Positions 11,728 through 19,412 of a stretch of 32,000 nucleotides of DNA are shown here, piece by piece. The position numbers and the translations under genes were made by a program. Position 1 is the first letter of the stretch, and every line of letters begins with the position of its first letter. The stretch lies in contig NC_001264.1 of NCBI RefSeq assembly GCF_000008565.1, positions 373,338 through 405,337 of the forward strand. The letters are read 5' to 3'. Source of the stretch: Deinococcus radiodurans R1 = ATCC 13939 = DSM 20539 (lineage in GTDB: Bacteria; Deinococcota; Deinococci; Deinococcales; Deinococcaceae). Below the pieces are notes generated by a model. It was not told the DNA's origin. It saw only the letters and a list, made by a program, of their open reading frames with translations, and did no database searches.

Positions 11728-13536
11728 ATGACCCCGCGTTCAGGCCCTCGCCCGGCTGCTTCCGCGCGCCGTGATGCCCGGCAACGCGACCCCCGGCAAT
11801 TGCGCCGCCTGCTCGCCTACGCCCGGCCCTACCGCCTGCCCTTCGTGCTGGGCGTGCTCGCCACCCTGATTTCGAGCGGGCTGGGACTGGTGTTTCCCCG
11901 GCTGTTCGGTACGCTGATCGACGCTTCGTTTCTGAAGGTGGGCAGCACCGACACCGGGCCGCTCGACCGCACCGTGCTGTCGCTGTTGGGCATTTTCGCG
12001 CTCTCGGCGTGCTTCGGGGCGGCGCAGGCGTACCTGCTCGCGCGGGTGGGAGCGGGCGTGGTGGCCGACCTGCGCCGGGCGCTGTTTTCGCATCTGCTGT
12101 CGCTCTCGCCGCGCTTTTTCGGCAACCACCGCACCGGCGACCTGACGAGCCGCCTCACCTCCGACGTGGGCACCGTGCAGGCGGTGACGAGCACGGCGCT
12201 CGCGCAGCTCGCCTCGCAGGGGTTTACCCTCATCGGCTCAGTGCTGCTGCTGGTGCAGACCAGCCCGCGCCTGAGCCTGCTGACCCTCGCCATCATTCCA
12301 CTGGTCATCGGCACGGCGGTGACCATCGGGCGGCGCATCCGGCGGGTCAGCCGCGAGGTGCAGGACGCGGTGGCCGCCGCCAACGGGCAGGCCGAGGAAG
12401 CCATCAGCGGCGTGCGGGTGGTCCAGAGCTTTACCGCCGAGGGGTTGGAGGAGGAGCGCTACGGCCAGGGCGTGCTCGCCAGTTTCCGCGCCGCGCTGCG
12501 CCGGGCCCGTTTGCAGGCGCTGATGACCGGCGTCATGAGCTTCCTGACCTTCGGGGCGCTCGCGCTGGTGCTGTGGTTCGGCGGGCGGCAGGTCATGAGC
12601 GGCGCGCTGACGCCGGGCAACCTCGTCACGTTCCTGTTCTACGCGCTGCAGGTGGGCGGCACGGTGGCGGCGCTGACCGGCGTGTTCAACCAGTTTCAGG
12701 AGGCGCTGGGCGCGTCGAGCCGCATTTTCGAGTTGCTCGACGAGCGCAGCGACCTGCCCGGGCCCGCCGCGCCGCGGCCGCTCTCCCGCGCCGAGGGCCG
12801 GGTGCGCTTCGTGGACGTGGGGTTCACCTATGCCGGGGCGCCCGCCTTGCAGGACATCACCTTCGACGTGCCCGCCGGGCAGGTGGTCGCGCTGGTGGGG
12901 CCGAGCGGCGCGGGCAAAACCACGCTGGTCAACCTGATTCCGCGCTTCTGGGACGTGACGGCGGGCCGGGTGGAGGTGGACGGCCACGACGTGCGCGCCT
13001 ACGCCCTGGCCGACCTGCGCCGTCAGGTGGGGCTGGTGCCGCAAGAAACCCTGCTGTTTTCGGGGACGGTGGCCGAGAACATCCTCTACGGGCGCCCCGG
13101 CGCGTCGCAGGCCGAGGTCGAAGCCGCCGCGCACGCCGCGCACGCCCACGAGTTCATCTGCGAGCTCGAAGGCGGCTACGGCGCGGTGGTCGGCGAACGC
13201 GGCGTCAAGCTCTCGGGCGGGCAGCGCCAGCGCGTCGCCATTGCCCGCGCCATCCTCAAAGACCCGCGCATCCTGATTCTGGACGAGGCGACCAGCGCGC
13301 TCGACAACGAGTCCGAGGCGCTGGTGCAAGCGGCGCTCGAGCGGCTGATGGTGGGCCGCACGACCTTCGTCGTCGCGCACCGCCTGAGCACCATTCGCAG
13401 CGCCGACCGCATTCTGGTGATGGACGCCGGGCGGGTGGTCGCCGACGGCACGCATGAGGGGTTGATGGCGGCAGGCGGCCTCTACCGCGAGTTGTACGAG
13501 TTGCAATTCCGGCAGCAGCAGGAGGCGCGGCGCTAG
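11728..13536 (+). CDS. ABC exporter, fused permease/ATPase (MsbA/multidrug type)
   Basis: The N-terminal half is a six-helix-type hydrophobic region. Walker A is GPSGAGKTTL, the ABC signature is LSGGQRQRVAIARA, Walker B is ILILDEATSALD, and the H-loop is VVAHRLST. Confidence 0.88.
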   Translation: MTPRSGPRPAASARRDARQRDPRQLRRLLAYARPYRLPFVLGVLATLISSGLGLVFPRLFGTLIDASFLKVGSTDTGPLDRTVLSLLGIFALSACFGAAQAYLLARVGAGVVADLRRALFSHLLSLSPRFFGNHRTGDLTSRLTSDVGTVQAVTSTALAQLASQGFTLIGSVLLLVQTSPRLSLLTLAIIPLVIGTAVTIGRRIRRVSREVQDAVAAANGQAEEAISGVRVVQSFTAEGLEEERYGQGVLASFRAALRRARLQALMTGVMSFLTFGALALVLWFGGRQVMSGALTPGNLVTFLFYALQVGGTVAALTGVFNQFQEALGASSRIFELLDERSDLPGPAAPRPLSRAEGRVRFVDVGFTYAGAPALQDITFDVPAGQVVALVGPSGAGKTTLVNLIPRFWDVTAGRVEVDGHDVRAYALADLRRQVGLVPQETLLFSGTVAENILYGRPGASQAEVEAAAHAAHAHEFICELEGGYGAVVGERGVKLSGGQRQRVAIARAILKDPRILILDEATSALDNESEALVQAALERLMVGRTTFVVAHRLSTIRSADRILVMDAGRVVADGTHEGLMAAGGLYRELYELQFRQQQEARR

Positions 13537-13756
13537 GAACTGGGCAACTGTCAGTGTGACAAGTTACCCACTTCTCATTTTCAGCGCAGCCGGCTGTGAA
13601 GTCCTTTACAAAAAGGCCCTGCAGGACGGCAAATCTCCTCTTATAAAACAGCAGAGATGTAAGACTTTTGTCGGATCAGGAACATTAAGGTCCCTTGAGA
13701 CAGCGGGCGTGATTTGCCGGCCCAGGCGCGCCCGCGCTGCAAGGAGAACCCGAAGT

Positions 13757-14116
13757 ATGGCAAAGATTCTGATCATCGACGATTCCCCCGCCGACATCCG
13801 TTTCATGACCGAGGCGCTCCGGCCGACCGGACACGCGGTCGTGAGCATCAGCGATCCGCTGGAAGCAGAGGCGATCGTCGAGCGCGAGCGGCCCGATCTG
13901 GCGCTGCTCGACGTGGTGATGCCGCAGCGCAACGGGTACGAAACCCTGCGCGCACTCAAGAAGTTGCCGGCGGCGGCGGGCCTCAAGATCGTGATCGTGT
14001 CGAGCAAGAGCGCCGAAACCGACGTGAAGTGGGGCATGCGTCAGGGCGCCGCCGACTACCTCGCCAAGCCCTACACCCCCGAACAGGTCGCCGCCCTCGT
14101 GGCGCGGCACATCTGA
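13757..14116 (+). CDS. Single-domain CheY-like response regulator (PilG/PilH/PixH-like position)
   Basis: Receiver signatures are KILIIDDS, DLALLDVVMPQRNG (phospho-Asp), IVIVSSKS and DYLAKPY (Lys). AAGGAG lies at 13741-13746. The 67 upstream in-frame codons of the track ORF lie in lower-GC DNA and were rejected. Confidence 0.85.
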   Translation: MAKILIIDDSPADIRFMTEALRPTGHAVVSISDPLEAEAIVERERPDLALLDVVMPQRNGYETLRALKKLPAAAGLKIVIVSSKSAETDVKWGMRQGAADYLAKPYTPEQVAALVARHI

Positions 14117-14554
14117 ATGACCGACTCGCTGCTGCTGTTCCGGGTGGGCGAGCGCGTGCTGGCGTTGCCCGCCGCCGCTGCCCGGCAGGTGCGCCCGCTC
14201 GACATTCTGTCTCCCCTGCCCGGCAGCGGCGGCGCCCTGCTGGGCCTGAGCTCCGCCGCTGGCCGCGTGGTGCCGGTGGCCGACCTGCGCGCCCTGCTCG
14301 ACTGGCCCGCCGACACCAGTGACCAGCACAAGGACCGGCGGGCGCCGCTGCTGCTGCTGCTCGACATCCAGGACCAGACGCTGGGCCTGCCCGTCGACGA
14401 CGTGATCGGGTTTACCGAAGACCCCCAGACCCCCGGTGATGAGCTGCTCTCGTCCGAAACCCTGCTGGGCAGCTTTCAGGACGGGCACCGGGGGCACCTG
14501 CTGCACCCCGAGCTGCTGCTCAGCGCCCTCACCCGGCGCCTGAGCCCGGCCTGA
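14117..14554 (+). CDS. CheW-like coupling protein (PilI/PixI-like)
   Basis: [24 protein letters not shown]...[21 protein letters not shown] is the typical CheW-domain pattern. Its ATG directly abuts the upstream TGA (TGAATG). Confidence 0.75.
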   Translation: MTDSLLLFRVGERVLALPAAAARQVRPLDILSPLPGSGGALLGLSSAAGRVVPVADLRALLDWPADTSDQHKDRRAPLLLLLDIQDQTLGLPVDDVIGFTEDPQTPGDELLSSETLLGSFQDGHRGHLLHPELLLSALTRRLSPA

Positions 14555-14555
14555 C

Positions 14556-14601
14556 CCGGCCCCTCCTGCTTCCGGCCCCTCCTGCTCCGGCCCCCGCCGC
14601 T
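14556..14601 (+). repeat. Three tandem copies of a C-rich 15-mer (CCGGCCCCTCCTGCT) in the cheW-MCP spacer
   Basis: Two identical copies lie at 14556-14570 and 14572-14586. A diverged third copy, CCGGCCCCCGCCGCT, lies at 14587-14601. A TTTTCCCCTTTTCCC tract follows. Confidence 0.8.
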
Positions 14602-14630
14602 TTTCCCCTTTTCCCACAGGTACGCAACCC

Positions 14631-16862
14631 ATGTCGCAACAAGCCGAACTCAACCGTCTCGAGCCTCCTTTTTCCCGTCAGAACCGCAAGTCCAGCGACC
14701 TTTCGCGCGCGCCCCAGCGTTCGGGGCTGCTGGGCCGGCTGGGTATCGGCCAGAAGCTCGGGCTGATGGCGCTGAGCCTGGGCGTGCCGGTGGTGGGCCT
14801 GGCCGCGTGGCAGGCCACCCAGCAGCTGTCGCGCATCAACCACACCGTGACGCAGCTCCACGGCCTTCAGCAGACCGAGCCGCTCGCCGCCGTGCAGTCG
14901 GGCATGTACCTCTACGTGTACGGCCTCACCCACGACGACCCACAGGAACGCGCCAAAGGGGAAAAGGAAGCCTCGCAGGGCTTTGCGACCCTGGCGCCGC
15001 TGCTGCGGGGTCGCCCGGCGCAGCAGCTCAAGGCGACGCAGCAGGACTGGCAGGCGCTGCAACTCACCGCCGATTCCGCCGACAGCCGCGCCATCCTCGG
15101 CGCCTACGAAGCCCTGAGCCGCAACAACCAGCAACTGCTGGTGGACGACATGCTCAGCGCCGCCGGACTCGACAGCGAGCAAGACCCCGCGCTCGGCTCC
15201 TTGATCATGGCCAACCAGCGCCGCATCCCCAAACTGTCGTCCGAGCTTCAGCTGGCCGCCCTGACCGCCGACATGCTCACCCTGACCCCGAACGACGCCG
15301 GGCTGCGCCAGCAACTGCTGCGCCACACCGCGATCATCAGCGACGTGCTCGACGCTTACCGGGGTGACCTGGCGCGCGCCTACTCGCTGCGCCCCGAGCT
15401 GCGGCAGACCCTTCAGGCACCCACCGACAAGATGACCCGCGCCATCGACGACAGCCTTCAGCGCGCGCAGGCCGGGCTCGACAAAGGCACCTACGGCGAC
15501 GCCCTCGCCAAGAGCTACAGCCTCAGCCTCAACAGCCTGCGCGACTCGTACATCGCCACCATCACCTCGGTCGGCCAGGAACTGCTGGGCCGCGCCAAGG
15601 GCGGGTACGTGACGCTGGCCTTGCAGTTCGGCCTGCTGCTGCTGCTGCTCGGGGCCGTCGCCGCGCTGCTGTTTGCCCTGATGCGCGCCATCACGCGGCC
15701 CCTCTCGCAGCTCACCGACGCCTCGCGCCAGCTGTCGGCAGGCGACCTGAACGTAGACGTGCCGGTCACCACTCAGGACGAACTCGCGCTGCTGAGCCGG
15801 TCGTTCAACGACGCCGCCGCCGAGCTGCGCCGCAACCAGTTGCGGGTGGACCAGGAACGCGAGGAAGCCCAGCAGATGCAAAGCAACATCGGGGAGTTCC
15901 TCGACGTGACGATGGACATCGCCGACGGCGACCTCACCCGGCGCGGCAAGGTCACCGACGACGTGCTGGGCAACGTGGTGGACTCGATCAACCTGATGGT
16001 GGGCGAACTCGCCGACACGCTGCGGGAGGTGCAGGGCGCCTCGCAGTCGGTCAACCAGGGCTCGGCGCAGATGCTCACGACCACCGCCCAGATCGGCCAG
16101 GGTTCGCAGCTCACCGCCGAGCAGTCGCGCCGCCTCGCCGAGCGGGCCGCCGAGATCAGCCTGCGGATTCAGGACCTCGCCCGCAGCGCTCAGGACAGCG
16201 CCGCCGCCGCGCAGCAGGCACTTCAGACCTCACAGCAGGGGCAGCAGGCCGTGCAGGGCACCTTGCAGGGGATGGCCGCCATCCGCGAGGGCACCCAGGA
16301 CGTGGCGCAGACGATGCAGGCGCTGAGCGAGCGCTCCGAGCAGATTCAGGGCATCGTGGACACCATCACCCAGATTTCGAGCCAGACCAACTTGCTTTCG
16401 CTGCACGCTTCCATCGAGGCGGCGGGCGCGGGTGAAGCCGGCAGCCGCTTTGCCGTGGTGGCCGACGAAGTGCGCCAGCTCGCCGAGCAGACCAACGAAG
16501 CCACCGGGCGCGTGGCCGCTCTGATCACCACGCTGCAAAGCGACATCGCGCAGGTCCGGCAGGGCGTGCAGAGCAGCGCCGCGCAGGTGGAGAAGGGCTA
16601 CCGGGTGGCCGAGGAAGCCGGGAGCCGCCTGCAAGAACTCGGAGACATCGCGCAGCGGTCTGCGCAGCTCGCCGGGCAGATGTCGGACGTGTCGGGCGCC
16701 CAGGCGCGGGACATCGAGCAGCTCGGGCAGGGCGTGCAGGACATCGCCGCGCTTGCCGAGGGCGCCCAGCAGTCGGTGCAGCGGGGTCGCGGCGCCGCCG
16801 AGCAGCTGCGCGCCCTGGCGACCCAGCTCGATCAGAGCCTCAGCCGTTTCCGCTTGGGCTGA
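14631..16862 (+). CDS. Methyl-accepting chemotaxis protein 1 (two TM segments, HAMP, MCP signalling domain)
   Basis: TM1 is [19 protein letters not shown] periplasmic region of about 290 aa follows, then TM2 [17 protein letters not shown]. The HAMP is [38 protein letters not shown]. The signalling hairpin tip is [35 protein letters not shown]. Confidence 0.85.
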   Translation: MSQQAELNRLEPPFSRQNRKSSDLSRAPQRSGLLGRLGIGQKLGLMALSLGVPVVGLAAWQATQQLSRINHTVTQLHGLQQTEPLAAVQSGMYLYVYGLTHDDPQERAKGEKEASQGFATLAPLLRGRPAQQLKATQQDWQALQLTADSADSRAILGAYEALSRNNQQLLVDDMLSAAGLDSEQDPALGSLIMANQRRIPKLSSELQLAALTADMLTLTPNDAGLRQQLLRHTAIISDVLDAYRGDLARAYSLRPELRQTLQAPTDKMTRAIDDSLQRAQAGLDKGTYGDALAKSYSLSLNSLRDSYIATITSVGQELLGRAKGGYVTLALQFGLLLLLLGAVAALLFALMRAITRPLSQLTDASRQLSAGDLNVDVPVTTQDELALLSRSFNDAAAELRRNQLRVDQEREEAQQMQSNIGEFLDVTMDIADGDLTRRGKVTDDVLGNVVDSINLMVGELADTLREVQGASQSVNQGSAQMLTTTAQIGQGSQLTAEQSRRLAERAAEISLRIQDLARSAQDSAAAAQQALQTSQQGQQAVQGTLQGMAAIREGTQDVAQTMQALSERSEQIQGIVDTITQISSQTNLLSLHASIEAAGAGEAGSRFAVVADEVRQLAEQTNEATGRVAALITTLQSDIAQVRQGVQSSAAQVEKGYRVAEEAGSRLQELGDIAQRSAQLAGQMSDVSGAQARDIEQLGQGVQDIAALAEGAQQSVQRGRGAAEQLRALATQLDQSLSRFRLG

Positions 16863-16939
16863 ACTTCCCATTCCAGCCTGAGCTGAGCCGCCTGATCCTT
16901 CTCTCCCTTCTTTTTTCTCCGATGTTTGCAGGAGCCGAA

Positions 16940-19210
16940 ATGCTACAGAATGTTCCCAGCACCGAACTTGCCGCGCGGCCTGCACCGGGCCGGCAGGCGG
17001 CTTCCGGTCCTTCCCTTCCCCGCGCGCCCCGCTGGATCGACCGCCTGAGTGTGGCCCAGAAACTGGGGCTGGCCGGCGCTTTGTTTTTCGTGCCGTTGGT
17101 GGTCAACGTGACCGCCGCCGCCTCCACCCTGATGCGCATCGTGCAGCCGGTCGCCGGGGCCGAGCAGATCATGCCGTTCGTCAACGCGACCACCGACTTG
17201 CAGCGCGCCCTCGACGACCTGACGCTCGCAGCGAGCGCCCAGACGAGCCCCGCCGCGGCCCGGCAACGGGCCGAGCAGGCCCTGACGCAGCTCGGCGCTC
17301 TGCTCGACTCCGAGGCCTCGACCAACCCCATCAGCCCCCTGCCCGAGATCCGGCGGGAACTGCGCCAAACGCTGCAGTTCGCCAACTTCAGGGCGCAGGT
17401 GGAGCGTTACCTCGCCCTGCCCCCCAGCGGGGACCGGGTGAGCAGCTACGGCACGGTGAACAGCGCCGTGCAAAATGTGCTCAAAAACATCACGCAGGCG
17501 AGTTCGCTCGACCTCGGCGGGGGCCAGCACACCATGTACCTGTTGCAGCGCGCCGCGCTGGGTGACGGCCTGATGGGGCTGCGCAGCAACCTCGTGCAGG
17601 CCGAGCTGCTCAACGACCGCCTGCGCCGCGGCGCTCCCAACGCCAGCGCCGACCGCACCCGGCTTTCGGCGCTCGTGACCCATATGAGCACGGAGGTGGG
17701 GCAGACCCAGGAGGCGCTGAACGACGCCGTGCGGGAGCGCCCCGAACAGGCCCGGGCACTGAGCAGCGAGATGCAGCAGCTGAGCAACATGATGTCGCTG
17801 GTCCTGGGCAACCTGCGCGCCGCGGCGTCCGGCGCCGGGGGCAGCACCTCACAGGCCCTGATCGACCGCAACCTGCAGAAGATCGACCGGCTCTACGCCC
17901 AGACGAGCGCGGCCCTGTCGCAAGAAGGGAAAAACTTCCAGGACGAATACGTCCGCAAGGGGATCGTCAACGGCCTGATCACTTTGCTCATCACTGCTCT
18001 GGCGACCTGGTTGCTGGTCTACATCCTGCAGCGCATCGTGCGCCAGCTGCGGCAGCTGACCACCAACGCGCAGGCGCTCACCGACGGGAACCTCAACATT
18101 CACCTGCCGGTCACGACCTCCGACGAGCTCGGCGTCCTGACCAGCTCCTTCAACGAGGCGGCGGCGCAGTTGCGGACCAACGCCGAGCGCGTCGAGCAGG
18201 AACGTCTCGAATCCCAGCGCCTCCAAGACCACATCGGCCAGTTCCTCGACGTCACCATGGACATCGCCGAAGGTGACCTCACCAAGCGCGGCGTCGTCAC
18301 CGAGGACATCCTCGGCAACGTCGTCGATTCCATCAACCTCATGACCGACGAACTCGCCACCACCCTGCAGCAGGTTCAGGCCGCCTCCGCCTCCGTCTCC
18401 GGAGGCTCAAAGCAAATGCTCGGCACCACCGAGGCCATCCAGCAGGGCGCGCAGCTCACCGCCGCCGAGGCCCAGCGGGTGGCCGAGCAGGTCAGCCAGA
18501 TCACCGCCGGGATTCGCCAGATGGCGCACAACGCCCAGACCTCGGCGCAGACGGCGCGTGAGGCGCTGCTCGCCTCACAGCAGGGGCAAGAGGCGCTGCA
18601 AGAGACGTTGGGGGGGATGCAGAACATCCGGCGGGAAGTGCAGCAGGTGTCCAAGCGCATCAAGACATTGGGCGACCGCTCGCTCGAGATTCAGGAAATC
18701 GTCGATACCATCTCCCAGATCGCCGAACAGACCCACCTGCTTGCCGTGAACGCCTCCATCGAGGCGGCGGGCGCCGGGGAGGCCGGGGGCCGCTTCGGGA
18801 TCGTCGCGGACTCGGTGCGCAAACTGGCGAACACTTCCGCGCAGGCAACCACCCGTATTGCGGGCCTGATCAAGAGCGTGCAGGCCGAGGTGCAGGACGT
18901 GATCGTGGAGGCCGAGGAAGGCACCCGTGAGGTGGAGCAGGGCTACCGCATCGCCGGCAGCGCCGGTCAGCGTCTCCAGGACATTGGTGAGCTCACCGAG
19001 CGCTCGGCGCAGCTTGCCGAAAGCATCGCGGCCTCGACCCAGGAGCAGGTGCAGAGCGTGGAGCGGGTGAACGCGGCGGTGCAGCAGATCGCCGAAGTGG
19101 CGCAGCGTTCGGAAAGCGCGGTGCAGCAGGGGCGCACAGCGGCGCAGCAACTCGAAGACCTCGCCCGGCAACTCGACACCAGTCTCGCCCGCTTCCGTCT
19201 GCCGGGCTAA
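16940..19210 (+). CDS. Methyl-accepting chemotaxis protein 2
   Basis: The architecture is the same as MCP 1. The tip is [36 protein letters not shown] prefer the ATG at 16940 (GGAG at 16931-16934, 5-nt spacer) over the track start at 16922. Confidence 0.85.
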   Translation: MLQNVPSTELAARPAPGRQAASGPSLPRAPRWIDRLSVAQKLGLAGALFFVPLVVNVTAAASTLMRIVQPVAGAEQIMPFVNATTDLQRALDDLTLAASAQTSPAAARQRAEQALTQLGALLDSEASTNPISPLPEIRRELRQTLQFANFRAQVERYLALPPSGDRVSSYGTVNSAVQNVLKNITQASSLDLGGGQHTMYLLQRAALGDGLMGLRSNLVQAELLNDRLRRGAPNASADRTRLSALVTHMSTEVGQTQEALNDAVRERPEQARALSSEMQQLSNMMSLVLGNLRAAASGAGGSTSQALIDRNLQKIDRLYAQTSAALSQEGKNFQDEYVRKGIVNGLITLLITALATWLLVYILQRIVRQLRQLTTNAQALTDGNLNIHLPVTTSDELGVLTSSFNEAAAQLRTNAERVEQERLESQRLQDHIGQFLDVTMDIAEGDLTKRGVVTEDILGNVVDSINLMTDELATTLQQVQAASASVSGGSKQMLGTTEAIQQGAQLTAAEAQRVAEQVSQITAGIRQMAHNAQTSAQTAREALLASQQGQEALQETLGGMQNIRREVQQVSKRIKTLGDRSLEIQEIVDTISQIAEQTHLLAVNASIEAAGAGEAGGRFGIVADSVRKLANTSAQATTRIAGLIKSVQAEVQDVIVEAEEGTREVEQGYRIAGSAGQRLQDIGELTERSAQLAESIAASTQEQVQSVERVNAAVQQIAEVAQRSESAVQQGRTAAQQLEDLARQLDTSLARFRLPG
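18232..19203 (+). repeat. Copy A of a ~970-bp near-identical duplicated segment (C-terminal half of MCP 2)
   Basis: It aligns without indels to 20699..21670 at a constant offset of 2467 nt. Long blocks are 100 percent identical, for example the ~113-nt run starting GGGGGGATGCAGAACATCCGGCGGG. Confidence 0.9.
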
Positions 19211-19412
19211 GGCGCTCCTTTTCGCGTCTCCCCTCCTCTCCTTTCCCATACGGACTGCGCTCCATTCCAGCACAGGCAGAAAAGCGCCGCCTGCGCTTCC
19301 ATACCGCGAAACCCGTCTTTTTCCTACTCGCATCCGCTCGGATTGAATCCGAAACAACAGGATTCACTCGGAATCCGTATCCCTTATTTCCGACCCTGCC
19401 AGGAGGCTGCCC

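Noticed and set aside
12009-13506. Long alternative-frame and antisense ORFs (12009..13457 plus, 12238..13506 minus) within the ABC exporter gene.
   Set aside because: These are Arg/Gly/Ala/His-rich translations. The annotated frame has Walker A/B and the ABC signature.
13556-13756. A 67-codon upstream extension of the CheY ORF.
   Set aside because: It lies in lower-GC non-coding-looking DNA. A strong AAGGAG precedes the internal ATG at 13757, where the receiver domain begins.
14529-15881. A 450-aa minus-strand ORF antisense to MCP 1. Similar long antisense ORFs occur at 16230..16985, 18575..19357, 19485..20408, 21441..22817, 22814..24439, 24934..26190 and 27989..29332.
   Set aside because: All lie opposite genes with strong domain signatures. 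All show the Gly/Arg/Val/His/Gln-rich composition expected from reverse-complemented Ala/Leu/Gln-rich coding DNA in a high-GC genome.
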